64,000 bases of DNA from an uncultured virus (IMG/VR IMGVR_UViG_3300030099_006786) (Duplodnaviria > Heunggongvirae > Uroviricota > Caudoviricetes): IMG/VR virus record IMGVR_UViG_3300030099_006786; one strand, given 5' to 3'. The notes under the pieces are model-generated. The model was not told the DNA's origin, did not search any database, and worked only from the letters and a program-made list of their open reading frames with translations. Position numbers and translations under genes: made by a program. Each line of letters opens with the position of its first letter. The stretch's first letter is position 1. Of the stretch, positions 37,847 to 47,775 are shown piece after piece.

Positions 37847-38660
37847 CTGAGTAAATTTCCTTAACTAATTTTTGAGTCTTGAGGACCGTCAATAGTAATG
37901 ACTCGCTTACAACTTCTTTAGAATAATTATCAAGTTTGGAAATGACACTATCAGTTTTATTAATCATAGATGCATCCGATTTAATTTCATCAGTTGTTTT
38001 TGCTTCTTGTAATTTAACTTTAAGTCTTCCAATTTCTTCGTTTAAGAAAATCTTCAATTCGAGAGAATTGTCGACAAACGAAGTAATATAATGCATCAAT
38101 AGCTCTTTTTGTTCTTTTAATAAACTGTCGCCATACTTTTCATTGAACTTCTTAACAAACGAATTGTAAACAATATTATCAATTGGCACCATTTCCTCTA
38201 CTTCTTCTTCGGCGGTTGACATAAAATCAGTAAGTTGAGATTCAAGCATAATTTGTTGTTTAGGATTGGAGCCATTAAACATTTGAAATATAGTTGCTAA
38301 AGTTTTGTAATTGGGAACAAAGTTATTGAATATATCAGGAGATAAATCTTTATTAATATCGTTTATCAAGCTTGTTTGTTGTTTAAATAAATTAGCTGGG
38401 TCGATAAGCATCTTAGATAATTTTGCTTCTTTAATAATCTTTTCACTTGTTTCAGAATCTAGGCCACGTGTCTCATATAACGAGCGGTAGCAATCTAAAT
38501 CTCTTTTTAATTCAGAAAATGGTGCAAAGTAGTTTTTTATAATCTTAACAATCTTTTGTTTTTTTTCTAAATCATTTTTTACAATTGCTTCTGTGGCTTC
38601 TTTGATAAGTGCTTCATAAACAAACGCGGTATTTCTTTTCTTATTATGTTTAATTTTCAT
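37830..38660 (-). CDS. Conserved hypothetical head-region protein
   Basis: KHNKKRNTAFVYEAL, VPNYKTLATI, KFNEKY; overlaps the portal gene. Confidence 0.65.
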   Translation of the reverse strand: MKIKHNKKRNTAFVYEALIKEATEAIVKNDLEKKQKIVKIIKNYFAPFSELKRDLDCYRSLYETRGLDSETSEKIIKEAKLSKMLIDPANLFKQQTSLINDINKDLSPDIFNNFVPNYKTLATIFQMFNGSNPKQQIMLESQLTDFMSTAEEEVEEMVPIDNIVYNSFVKKFNEKYGDSLLKEQKELLMHYITSFVDNSLELKIFLNEEIGRLKVKLQEAKTTDEIKSDASMINKTDSVISKLDNYSKEVVSESLLLTVLKTQKLVKEIYSDVSSS

Positions 38661-40662
38661 TTTTTTGCTCCGTCATAAGATTCTTATCTTTTAATTCTAA
38701 TTCTTCAACCAAAGACCTCATAGATTCATTAATTGAAATTAAATTGTCTTCCTCTTGTTGCTCACTCAATGAGTAAGTAGGTTCCTCACTTGGATAAATA
38801 CTTTCTGAAGTGGGTACAAATCCTTTTCCGAGGCTTTTTAGGCCATCGGCATAGCCGGGAAATACATTTCTAGATGTACTTTTTGTCTTTTCAGAATTAT
38901 ATTGTGATTGATTTGAACGTCGGCGAGCACCAGCATCACGTCGATCTACTCTCTTAGGATTATAAACCTTGCCTTTTGAGCGGGGTGTTACGCGGGGCGC
39001 AAATCTAGAGCCCGGCGGGGCTGTCAGTAATGCTGAATCATCTTCTCCGCCAGCTGGTTCTTCTGCTCCTGCTTCTGCATCGCCAGTATCCAATGCGCCT
39101 TCAAGATCGTCACCCAAGCCAGCATCAAGATCGCCACCCAAGTCGCCGCCTAGGTCGCCACCTAAATCGCCACCGAGACCACCTGTTTCTCCTGCTGCAG
39201 CTTGTTCAGCGACTTGTTGAAGATTAGCATCTTGTTTTCTATCATAGAACATTTCACGTTGATTACGTACAAATTCTTCATGAGACATACCAAAAATGTT
39301 TTCTGTAACCCATCTGCGTGAGAAATACCCTTCAGTTGCGGCTGCAGCAATATCAAACTTAGTTTTCCAATGCTCAATTTCTTGCATCTCAGCAATCTTA
39401 GATGGGTTATTCAAAGAAAGTTTAAAGTTAATCAAGTCGTCGCCGCGGAAACCAAGAGTATAAAGATGGATAATTCCAATCTTTTCTAGTTCGTGGATAA
39501 CTGTGCGTTGTAATCTTTGGATAGTTCTAGCAAATCGAATGTCTTTTTGTGCTAAAGTTGTTTTATCTTCGGTAGCACCTTCACCCATCGTTAAATAAGA
39601 TTGTGGAATTTTCAATGCTGAAAATAACTTGTCGCGTAGATATTTGATGTCATCGATTGCTGTAATATTTTGAGCACCGGCAAGCGATTCAATCGAGGTT
39701 GCTGAACCAGCACGAACAGGCAAGAAATAATCTTCTTCAATTGACATTGGATTATATCGTAAATCAATTCTACCAGAATCGGGATCTACAATGGTGTGTC
39801 TCTTAAGTTGAGTAACAATCTTTTGCATATACTGTTCAACATCTTGAGGTGGAATTGCACCTACATCAATCTTGAAAACACGACGTTCAGATGAACGAAT
39901 GACACGATATGCCATCATAGCATCTTCCATCAAAGTAAGTTGGCGCCAGATTCTTCTAGCCGCCTCAAGCACCGAAGAACCATATGGATTGTATTTGTCG
40001 TTACCTAAAACTCGAAAATGCGCAATTTGCCAGTTTTCAAAAGTCATCCCGGCAGAATTCCATTGGTATTGAATATAATTTGGGTTTGTTGCGTCTAAGC
40101 CTTCGAGTCTTTCAACTTCCTGCATTGGTAATGAAATAACAGATTGAACACCGTGCTTATCATCAATGTCTAAATACAAAACAAAGTCTCCGTATTTACA
40201 CAGTGTCCGACACCATCCAAATAAATTATATTCAATATTTAAAACGTTTCTGTAAAGAAGATCTAATACAGCTTTGATTTCTTCGTTTGTACATTTGATG
40301 TTTAGCATTGGACGCAAATCAGAAAACGTTGTCATCTCATCTGCATATATGTCCAGTGACGATGCAATCTCGGGCATGTATTCCATTTGATCAAAATCAA
40401 CATAACGTTCTGATCTTCTTTGATTTGCAATTGCATTAGCTGCAATATTATCTAAAGGGTTATAGCTTTGCTTTTTAAATTGTTGTCCAGAAGGGTTTCT
40501 GAATCTTGAAGAAAACTTATCTAAATGTTGTCTTCTAATTTTTCTACCAGACTGAGAGCGGTAGTTAATGATAGGTCCCGAAAATAATCTAGTCAGAGCC
40601 TTAAATAAGTCTGACTGTCGGTTTATTGGGTTTCTTCCTTGTTTTGGGTTTCTTGGTGCCAT
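38650..40662 (-). CDS. Portal protein (T4 gp20-like)
   Basis: PEIASSLDIYADE, LMEDAMMAYR, ERRVFKIDVG, EEDYFLP, DDIKYLRDKLFSALKIP, DIRFARTIQRLQ. Confidence 0.95.
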   Translation of the reverse strand: MAPRNPKQGRNPINRQSDLFKALTRLFSGPIINYRSQSGRKIRRQHLDKFSSRFRNPSGQQFKKQSYNPLDNIAANAIANQRRSERYVDFDQMEYMPEIASSLDIYADEMTTFSDLRPMLNIKCTNEEIKAVLDLLYRNVLNIEYNLFGWCRTLCKYGDFVLYLDIDDKHGVQSVISLPMQEVERLEGLDATNPNYIQYQWNSAGMTFENWQIAHFRVLGNDKYNPYGSSVLEAARRIWRQLTLMEDAMMAYRVIRSSERRVFKIDVGAIPPQDVEQYMQKIVTQLKRHTIVDPDSGRIDLRYNPMSIEEDYFLPVRAGSATSIESLAGAQNITAIDDIKYLRDKLFSALKIPQSYLTMGEGATEDKTTLAQKDIRFARTIQRLQRTVIHELEKIGIIHLYTLGFRGDDLINFKLSLNNPSKIAEMQEIEHWKTKFDIAAAATEGYFSRRWVTENIFGMSHEEFVRNQREMFYDRKQDANLQQVAEQAAAGETGGLGGDLGGDLGGDLGGDLDAGLGDDLEGALDTGDAEAGAEEPAGGEDDSALLTAPPGSRFAPRVTPRSKGKVYNPKRVDRRDAGARRRSNQSQYNSEKTKSTSRNVFPGYADGLKSLGKGFVPTSESIYPSEEPTYSLSEQQEEDNLISINESMRSLVEELELKDKNLMTEQKNEN
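39100..39182. repeat. (GGDL)n low-complexity repeat in the portal C-terminal tail
   Basis: GGLGGDLGGDLGGDLGGDLDAGLGDDL; about 12 nt period. Confidence 0.8.
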
Positions 40663-40670
40663 TTAAAATC

Positions 40671-42254
40671 TCACTTTATAATCCACATGAATTCTTCATA
40701 TGTTTTTTTAGCTTCACTTATTTTATCAAGAATGTTATCTTTTTTGTAGCCTTCTTGACCTTTAATTTGTGTATTCATTGTTGTTCTACTTGTGTAAATT
40801 GCATCAACAAAAGCTTTCTGATAATTTAAATCTCTAGCGTTTGATTGTATTGCTGTGTCCCTAACCCAACATGCTATTGCCAATGACATTATAAGGTCAT
40901 CGTTATAGCCCTTCATGGCTTGAGGCTTACCGTTTCTCCAAATAAAAGTTTTCATCTCGTTAATTGTACGAGAAGAATATACCGTAATTAGTTTATTTCT
41001 GATAAACTCTTCTAATTTCGCAACGATAAGGGGTCTAGTCTTCATTGTAGTAGTAAAACCCGGCACTGCTGAGTTTGTGTATTCTGCTTGATACTGTTCA
41101 ATGTATTGGTGTGTTGATTTCACCGAGAAATACAAATTTGGATATGCGTGCTCAGTTAGCTTGTCTAGTACTGAATAACCAATGTTATTATTTTCGACCA
41201 CAAGCATAGCATTACCAAACTCTCTGCCAACTTGATTTAACATATTGGCATACATATCTAAAGTTGGCTTACCTTGGTATTCGCCTACTATCTGAAGTGT
41301 TTCAAGTTTGATTATGTGAAATGCTGAGTTATCGGCACCATCACCTCTTGCAACATCAGCAACCATCAAATAATTGCATTCAGGATCAAATTCTTCCCAA
41401 ATCCAAAAATTGCGGTCAAAACCAGTTCTGTATTTTGGTTCTGCCACGTTCTTCAATAGCCATTCCATATCTTCAGGATCAATAACAGTTTCGCCTGAAG
41501 TATTGAAGTTGCACTCAAGCTCTTGAGCAATTTGTCTTTTAGACATGTTTTTAGTTTCTTTTTGATACCATTCTTCATCGCGATCAGGGTGAACGTCCCA
41601 TGCTAAAGTTGTTATATTAAAATTATTACCGCCCGATTCTGCATCTGCGCAGGTTTTATGAAACCAGTTACCAACTCCATTTGGAGTTGACAGCGCAATA
41701 CAGCGACCACCTGTAGACAGCGTAGGATAAAGACCAGTCCACAACTCTTCTAAGCCCTCAATATGTGCAGCCTCATCTAATACTAAAAGTGACAGTGCTT
41801 CAGAACGACCAGCATCGCCCGAAGTAGAAGCTGCTTTGATAGATGAGCCGTTAGACAATTCAAAAGAAGTTCTGTTATCGACTGAGATTTCTGCAATCTT
41901 AATCCAGTCTGGTAAATTTCTCATGATGCTCTTGACTTTTTTAACCAAGTTGCCTGCTGTGGCAAACTTTGTAGCCATAACAAGTATGGACTTATCACGA
42001 TGAAAAAGCATCATCCACACAACATAGCCAGCAGTTATTGTGGATATTCCAAGCTGTCTTGCTTTTAATATAACATTAAATCGATAATCATTAAAATCTT
42101 TCAATAAATCATCTTGGAATTCATAAGTATCAAATGGAATTAGTCCATGCATTGGGTGTGATATTCTTGCATAGTTTTTAAGAAAATATGCGGGATCTCT
42201 CCCGCATTTTAATATTTCTTTAACTTGCTGTTTTTTATCTAATTGAAAACTCAT
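40671..42254 (-). CDS. Terminase large subunit (gp17-like)
   Basis: KARQLGIST (Walker A), LVLDEAA (Walker B), STPNG, ADVARGDGAD, VENN, DDLIMS. Confidence 0.96.
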   Translation of the reverse strand: MSFQLDKKQQVKEILKCGRDPAYFLKNYARISHPMHGLIPFDTYEFQDDLLKDFNDYRFNVILKARQLGISTITAGYVVWMMLFHRDKSILVMATKFATAGNLVKKVKSIMRNLPDWIKIAEISVDNRTSFELSNGSSIKAASTSGDAGRSEALSLLVLDEAAHIEGLEELWTGLYPTLSTGGRCIALSTPNGVGNWFHKTCADAESGGNNFNITTLAWDVHPDRDEEWYQKETKNMSKRQIAQELECNFNTSGETVIDPEDMEWLLKNVAEPKYRTGFDRNFWIWEEFDPECNYLMVADVARGDGADNSAFHIIKLETLQIVGEYQGKPTLDMYANMLNQVGREFGNAMLVVENNNIGYSVLDKLTEHAYPNLYFSVKSTHQYIEQYQAEYTNSAVPGFTTTMKTRPLIVAKLEEFIRNKLITVYSSRTINEMKTFIWRNGKPQAMKGYNDDLIMSLAIACWVRDTAIQSNARDLNYQKAFVDAIYTSRTTMNTQIKGQEGYKKDNILDKISEAKKTYEEFMWIIK

Positions 42255-42265
42255 ACATTTTTAAA

Positions 42266-42805
42266 TTACTTTTTTCTAGTATCATTATTGGGACGCTTAC
42301 CGCCATCACCAGTCCAGCCACCCTGAGAAAGAAAGTCTTGCCAATAAGCAGTTGGTGCTTTTGAACCAGTTTCAACATTCATCTCTTCTTCAAGTCCAGA
42401 AACTTTGTAATGTAACTTAGCCATTACCCAAGAACGAACTCTAGATGAATTTTCTACTCTAACGTCCACTTCTCCTTCTTTAGTTAAAGTCACTGAATTG
42501 CCTGTTAACTTTTTATATTCTTTCTTAAGGAACGAAGCAATGTCAGAAATTCTTTTTTCTACGTCAGATTCAAATCCATTTGCATATACTTCCTTTAACT
42601 GCACCTCAGAGTGGTACCCAATGCACATCATGTTGCCATAAAATTTTACATTGAATCCATCCATAATTCTCTTATCCAGAATTGGGTCGCCGTCTTCTCT
42701 CTGAAGACCAGCCTTAAGTGGTTCTCCGTTTTCATCTAAAGCACCATCATAAGCATTAGCTGCTGCTTGTGATAGTCCTTGAACGATTTCATATACTGTT
42801 GCCAT
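42266..42805 (-). CDS. Hypothetical protein
   Basis: 179 aa ORF in the operon upstream of the terminase. Confidence 0.65.
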   Translation of the reverse strand: MATVYEIVQGLSQAAANAYDGALDENGEPLKAGLQREDGDPILDKRIMDGFNVKFYGNMMCIGYHSEVQLKEVYANGFESDVEKRISDIASFLKKEYKKLTGNSVTLTKEGEVDVRVENSSRVRSWVMAKLHYKVSGLEEEMNVETGSKAPTAYWQDFLSQGGWTGDGGKRPNNDTRKK

Positions 42806-42806
42806 T

Positions 42807-43376
42807 TTAGTGTTCCTTTAATTTTTCATATTCTAAATAGTGCTTTACAGACTCAATATAGTCTGCTGCCTTAGTAATCTTTGCTTGTACCCAGCCTTCA
42901 AGCTCATCTCCTTCGTGTATTAATTCTTGTAATACTGTGGAGTATTTATGTAGTCTGTATAGTTGGGCCTTAGCCATAGAAGCTTCATGATCATCAGCAC
43001 AGTGTGATTGCATATGTGGCTGTTGATCACCGCATGCTTCCTCTATTTGTTCATTTTGTGGCTGTTTTTGTCTTTGCGATACAGTTGCTTTTTGTAATAA
43101 AACGATGACTTTTTGAAGTAAAGCACGATTTCTCATTAAATCAACACCCGGTGTAGCAGCCAAATCTGAAAGAAACTTTTCAAATTGGTCGACTAAGTTC
43201 TTCTCAGTATTTGTTAATTCATCACCAGCAGATTTAATTCTTTTTACTGCATCAGAAGTGCGCTGACTGGTAGACTTAGAGCCAGTCTTAAGAACGGGAG
43301 AGCCGGATGCATCAACTTCTTGCTCAGATATTACATTAAGAATTAACTCTTTAATTTGATTTTTTGAAATTTTCAT
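42807..43376 (-). CDS. Hypothetical protein with 'MKI.K..IKE.I' leader
   Basis: MKISKNQIKELI; C-terminal DHEASMAKAQL...LEGWVQAKITKAADYIESVKHYLEYE. Confidence 0.65.
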   Translation of the reverse strand: MKISKNQIKELILNVISEQEVDASGSPVLKTGSKSTSQRTSDAVKRIKSAGDELTNTEKNLVDQFEKFLSDLAATPGVDLMRNRALLQKVIVLLQKATVSQRQKQPQNEQIEEACGDQQPHMQSHCADDHEASMAKAQLYRLHKYSTVLQELIHEGDELEGWVQAKITKAADYIESVKHYLEYEKLKEH

Positions 43377-43749
43377 CTGGTCGCCATCCTTCGTGCCATC
43401 TTTTTTCTCTACCTTCGATAAATTTAATATAACAAGAATTGCAAGTATTAAATTTTATCTGGCAAACATCGTCCATTGATTTCTTTGGGAAAGCCCCGCA
43501 GACAGAACAACTTTTTAAAGATTCTCTATTAAGTAGTTTTTTTGATACCTTTATACCATTTAAATCAACTTTCTCATAGCTGTCTAAATTTTTGTTTTGT
43601 TTGTTGTAAAAATCTTTCATCTCTTCAAGATAAAGTTTTTCTTTTTCTTCATTCCAATTTGACTTAGGGTTCGCGACAGCTTCTTCTCCATATTTTTCAG
43701 CAATTGCCTTTTCATAAGCTGCCAATTTATTGAGCTTGTCTTTACTCAT
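43351..43749 (-). CDS. Hypothetical protein with putative Zn finger
   Basis: CSVC...CNSC...WHEGWRP; start ATG 43749 overlaps the upstream stop (ATGA). Confidence 0.65.
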   Translation of the reverse strand: MSKDKLNKLAAYEKAIAEKYGEEAVANPKSNWNEEKEKLYLEEMKDFYNKQNKNLDSYEKVDLNGIKVSKKLLNRESLKSCSVCGAFPKKSMDDVCQIKFNTCNSCYIKFIEGREKRWHEGWRPDENFKKSN

Positions 43750-44294
43750 ACACCCCACCAAACATCTTCACCTCGACGGTAATTTTTTGTTTGCATAAAT
43801 GTTTCTTTGTTTACAAGATGGTCATCCCTAAATCTACAATAGTTATTGGGCTGCAAAGCAAACTGGCCATCGTCCAAAGATATCAAATTGAGCGGCTTGT
43901 GTTCTTGAGGATATCTATCAAACCCATTGTTCCAGTCTATCATAATACCAGTGTGCCTACCTTTCCATCCAAATCTAAATAATTCTACTTCCAGTCCCTC
44001 AAGATATTTAGCCCCATAAGCTTCAATATCAGGGCCCATAGCTGCCCATGGACACAAATCTAAATAAGGTTTTTCTTCCCAAGTCTCAGGCCCATGAAAA
44101 TCTGACATAGCGTGAAGGGGTAATCCAGACCAGTGAGCACCAGTTTCGAGTAATACATGAGCCATGGGTATCTGACCTTCTCTAGAGTGAATTCCGTGCC
44201 AAAGTGCGTATGTGTAGCCGCTAGGCATATTGGGTCCTAAGTAAGAATTCTTAACCCAAACATAAAAATGATGTGGTAAATTAGCGTGTTTCAT
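43746..44294 (-). CDS. Hypothetical phage protein
   Basis: HANLPHH, LLETGAHWSGLPLHA, GQFALQPNNY. Confidence 0.65.
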   Translation of the reverse strand: MKHANLPHHFYVWVKNSYLGPNMPSGYTYALWHGIHSREGQIPMAHVLLETGAHWSGLPLHAMSDFHGPETWEEKPYLDLCPWAAMGPDIEAYGAKYLEGLEVELFRFGWKGRHTGIMIDWNNGFDRYPQEHKPLNLISLDDGQFALQPNNYCRFRDDHLVNKETFMQTKNYRRGEDVWWGV

Positions 44295-44710
44295 TTTGAT
44301 AGTTCCTTATCTAGTGCATAGTAACCTAGACCACCTAGTATAACGCCGCCTGTAAAATACAGCCACTTATATCTAGGCGACGTTTTTCTTAATGCACCAG
44401 CAAGCAGGTCTATTTCTTTATCTTTTTGTATTATAAACAAATCGTATTCATCTGTTAAGGCCCTGTGTTCTATCTTCAGTCCTTCGAGTTCAAATCGATG
44501 TTTTTCTTCCAATTTCTTTAATTCGTAATCAACCCTTATTTGACATGCATACGATGCGATGTCATAATCGGATAGTATAGTTGATATCGAAAATTCATCA
44601 AACAGAACACCCTCAAAAGGTGCCGGTTGTTTATATTCTAAAAAAGTAAACTTGGCCGACTCAGTTGCATTGGCCGTTAAAGAAAACATTAATAAAAGTT
44701 TAAGGAACAT
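44291..44710 (-). CDS. Exported coiled-coil protein with C-terminal hydrophobic anchor (spanin-like candidate)
   Basis: Signal-like MFLKLLLMFSLTANA, coiled coil, C-terminal WLYFTGGVILGGLGYYAL. Confidence 0.45.
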   Translation of the reverse strand: MFLKLLLMFSLTANATESAKFTFLEYKQPAPFEGVLFDEFSISTILSDYDIASYACQIRVDYELKKLEEKHRFELEGLKIEHRALTDEYDLFIIQKDKEIDLLAGALRKTSPRYKWLYFTGGVILGGLGYYALDKELSK

Positions 44711-45083
44711 ACTGGATCCCAAAAGTGTCTTCTATATCTTTAATTAGTTGTTCTCGATCGCTATTAAATTTGTTCCTATATTTGCCTTTTTTATCTTCTC
44801 TTAGTTCCTCAATCATCTGTAATGCATCTTCGTAGTCTTCTTCAATTACAGCGAGAGATTCCAAGTGGCTTTCTGCGAGCAATCTTTGTTCCTCTATTTG
44901 TTGTTTATGTATTTCTTTGAGGCCATCAATTTGAGCTTTGTGGGAGTCAACTTGTGTTTGATATGCTTTCTGCATAGATAGGTAATCGTGTCGATTTTTT
45001 GCAGCGATCATTATAAAAAAAACTACTAGTAAAATAGATTTCCAATTTTTAAGTACAAAATTAATTATTTTGCCTTTAATCAT
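44700..45083 (-). CDS. N-terminally anchored coiled-coil protein (i-spanin/Rz-like candidate)
   Basis: TM segment WKSILLVVFFIMIAA followed by a long coiled coil; overlaps both neighbours. Confidence 0.45.
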   Translation of the reverse strand: MIKGKIINFVLKNWKSILLVVFFIMIAAKNRHDYLSMQKAYQTQVDSHKAQIDGLKEIHKQQIEEQRLLAESHLESLAVIEEDYEDALQMIEELREDKKGKYRNKFNSDREQLIKDIEDTFGIQYVP

Positions 45084-45273
45084 TGTGCCCTCGCAATCTT
45101 GCAATACCATCAATTACAGTTTGACCACCAATATAAATTGCAGAAATAATTACCCAATCTTCACTAGTAACTTGGCCTGCCAATGTCATTGCAGTTGCTG
45201 TGAGCCAAACCATCAATTTTCTTGATGTTAATTTAGCTAACCATGTGTCTAAGAATGCTTGTGCTTTTTCCAT
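45076..45273 (-). CDS. Holin-like small membrane protein
   Basis: 65 aa, two hydrophobic segments, KLTSRKLMVW...YIGGQTVID, basic C-terminus. Confidence 0.55.
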   Translation of the reverse strand: MEKAQAFLDTWLAKLTSRKLMVWLTATAMTLAGQVTSEDWVIISAIYIGGQTVIDGIARLRGHND

Positions 45274-45281
45274 TATATAAC

Positions 45282-45935
45282 CTATTCGATCTCACCCATA
45301 TCTCTTAAAACCTTGGCAACATAAGCATTTGCACTTTCAGAATCTAATCCTTTAGTTCTTCGAATGCACTTTGCCTTGCCTTTAAATGTTTCATACTTAC
45401 CTTTCGCGAAACAATTTTCTTTTTTTTTAGCCTCGGTAAGATTTTTTAATTCGTCTTTAATTATACGAATTAATTCTTCTTTAAACCCAACCTGTGGTCG
45501 ACCTTCAGCGCCGGGTGTGTACAAAGTTTCTGGCGGTTCCTCATCCTGCATTTCGACACCGGGAAGCTTTTCAAATACAGCTTGAAAAATATCTGCTACT
45601 TCTTCAGGTGGCATGCCCTGTACTAGTGCAGCAATTTGATCCTCCAAAGGTGGACCGGCACGATCTTGGAAGCCGCTAACATCTCGCTCTGGAGCGTCAT
45701 CTGACGGGATGTCCGAAGGTCCAAATGGCATTGTATCATCGGCTGCTTGTTTTTTAGACGCCGGGACTTTTGGAGGTTTTGGAATTTCACGATCATCATC
45801 GTCCATCCAATCTGGCTTAGGTCCACCTTTAATATATGCTAGTAAATCATCAGCCTTATCTTCAGATAAATTATATTCACTAAAAACTTCTTTGATAATA
45901 AGTCTATACATCTTTTTTTCATTAATCTTCATCAT
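45282..45935 (-). CDS. Hypothetical protein with IIKE leader motifs
   Basis: Start ATG 45935 (SD GGAG); YRLIIKEVFSE and internal ELIRIIKDELKNLTE. Confidence 0.6.
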   Translation of the reverse strand: MMKINEKKMYRLIIKEVFSEYNLSEDKADDLLAYIKGGPKPDWMDDDDREIPKPPKVPASKKQAADDTMPFGPSDIPSDDAPERDVSGFQDRAGPPLEDQIAALVQGMPPEEVADIFQAVFEKLPGVEMQDEEPPETLYTPGAEGRPQVGFKEELIRIIKDELKNLTEAKKKENCFAKGKYETFKGKAKCIRRTKGLDSESANAYVAKVLRDMGEIE

Positions 45936-46179
45936 TGCTCTCCGATACATCTGATTTTCCAACACTTACAGTTGGGGCCTTTCGCAATCTTCCAAGTGCT
46001 TTCTGTGACAATCCAATAGACAAAGCATCCTCACCGGTGATTGCAGACGCCAAATAATCAATACTAACATCTAAATTATCAATTTTATTAGACAATTTTT
46101 CAATTGCGTTTCTTAATGCTGGATCAGAAGATATCTCTTCTTTAATAATTTCTAAAAGTCTTTGTTTAGTTATTTTCAT
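45922..46179 (-). CDS. Hypothetical protein with 'MKITK.RL.EIIKEE' leader
   Basis: MKITKQRLLEIIKEEI. Confidence 0.65.
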   Translation of the reverse strand: MKITKQRLLEIIKEEISSDPALRNAIEKLSNKIDNLDVSIDYLASAITGEDALSIGLSQKALGRLRKAPTVSVGKSDVSESNDED

Positions 46180-46538
46180 TTTATTATCCCTGCTGATTTT
46201 AGTGAACGCTGAAACTTAGCATTGATTGCACTATCAGAATTTACAAAATCTTTAATAGAGTCTAGAACACTTTGCTTGTTAGCTTCACCGGTGTACCACT
46301 CTTCAAATTTTGATACAGCATCAGTACTATCCAGAATTTTCTGACCAATACCTAAATCAGTACAAACTTCAATAAACAATTCTTGCACTGATAATTGTTC
46401 TTCGGGCTCGTCGCAACACTCACCTTCACAACAATCATCATCACACTCTTCATTGTCACAGCAATCTTGTGGTGCATCACAACAAGGCTCTGTGTTAGGG
46501 GTTGTAAACCAATTCCAAAATCTTCTTAATAAATTCAT
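46176..46538 (-). CDS. Cys/Asp/Glu-rich hypothetical protein
   Basis: PCCDAPQDCCDNEECDDDCCEGECCDEPEE. Confidence 0.6.
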   Translation of the reverse strand: MNLLRRFWNWFTTPNTEPCCDAPQDCCDNEECDDDCCEGECCDEPEEQLSVQELFIEVCTDLGIGQKILDSTDAVSKFEEWYTGEANKQSVLDSIKDFVNSDSAINAKFQRSLKSAGIIK

Positions 46539-47380
46539 TGTTCATTATTATCCTTTAATGCTTGATGTATGGCCTGAATGACTCCATCATCAAGGTATCT
46601 AAATGCGGGAGGATCTTTTTGAGCATCCTCCGCTGCAGCCATAATTAATTTAGCAAGCTTTCTTCTTGCTTGACGAACAGTTAAACTGCCATAGCCGGGA
46701 ATTAAAATTTCGCTTCCCATATCTTCTTTCATAGAAGAACGCTTTGCAAGTTCTTGGTACATTTCATCTGAATCGTTATGTACTGTTACATCGCCTCTCT
46801 TATGTCTAACTATGATTACGTCTTTTCCATCACTAGCCTGTTCTATACTAGCTTTAACACCAAATTTATCAGCTAAATCTTGCACTGATTCTCCGTCAAG
46901 ATCATTAGGGCTCATACGTTCTTCGCCAGTATCAATATCAGCAACAGCTCGGCCGGGCTCGTACATTGCTTCATTTTGGCTTTTTAAATCTTGCTTAGCA
47001 CTATCCATTTCATCCTTGTGACGCTTAAGCCAGCGCTCAGCTTCTTCGTCAGAAAGATTAGTAGTTAAGCTTTTTAATGTTTCCTTGGCGCTTTTTCCTG
47101 TTTTCATCATCTTTTTAACGACATGATGGGCTGAATGTGGTACAGAGCCTTCATTTAGTGAAGCCCTTTCTTGCGCTAATCCAAGTTGTTCGATAGCCAA
47201 ATCAACAATATTGTGTGTTTCTTTTTGAATTCTGGCTCTGTCCTTGGGTTCACCCGGATTCATACCCATTGTCTTCATCTGTCCAACTATAAAATCAACA
47301 ACAGCTTCACGAAAGCGGCTTTCACTAGGATTGCCGCGCTCGTTTAAGTAGTTGTTCCAATTTTCAAATAGTTTTTTCAC
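46535..47380 (-). CDS. Hypothetical protein with 'MKKLFENW' leader
   Basis: MKKLFENWNNYLNE; internal SLNE, QNE, SMKE. Confidence 0.65.
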   Translation of the reverse strand: MKKLFENWNNYLNERGNPSESRFREAVVDFIVGQMKTMGMNPGEPKDRARIQKETHNIVDLAIEQLGLAQERASLNEGSVPHSAHHVVKKMMKTGKSAKETLKSLTTNLSDEEAERWLKRHKDEMDSAKQDLKSQNEAMYEPGRAVADIDTGEERMSPNDLDGESVQDLADKFGVKASIEQASDGKDVIIVRHKRGDVTVHNDSDEMYQELAKRSSMKEDMGSEILIPGYGSLTVRQARRKLAKLIMAAAEDAQKDPPAFRYLDDGVIQAIHQALKDNNEQ

Positions 47381-47382
47381 TT

Positions 47383-47763
47383 TTAGCGACCTTTTTGTTG
47401 TGGAATCATTCCTAAATCTTGCATAGCATAGATAGAAGAGGTGTCTTTACGATACATACACTTTACAAAGTCGCCCTCTAAATCACCGCGGAGTGCTTCG
47501 TCAGAGCAAGCTTTAATTTTTTGCTGCGTCTCTTTAGGATCGCTATTGTATGGTGCCGAAGTTAAAGTCTTGTAAAGCTCTTCATATTTTTCAGGTACTC
47601 CACCGGGGTCAGGAGTCATTCTTCCCATAACATCTGCTGTGCTTGGTATATCCTTGGGCATATTGGTAGTGAAACTACCTTGCTCTTCAAGCTCGTCTCT
47701 ATATGTTGTCTCGTTTAAAAAGTAACGAGGGTCAATTCTTTTTGTGTTTTTACGTCTAGCCAT
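47383..47763 (-). CDS. Hypothetical protein
   Basis: MARRKNTKRIDPRYFLNE; SD AGGAG. Confidence 0.6.
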   Translation of the reverse strand: MARRKNTKRIDPRYFLNETTYRDELEEQGSFTTNMPKDIPSTADVMGRMTPDPGGVPEKYEELYKTLTSAPYNSDPKETQQKIKACSDEALRGDLEGDFVKCMYRKDTSSIYAMQDLGMIPQQKGR

Positions 47764-47775
47764 TATAATCTCCTA

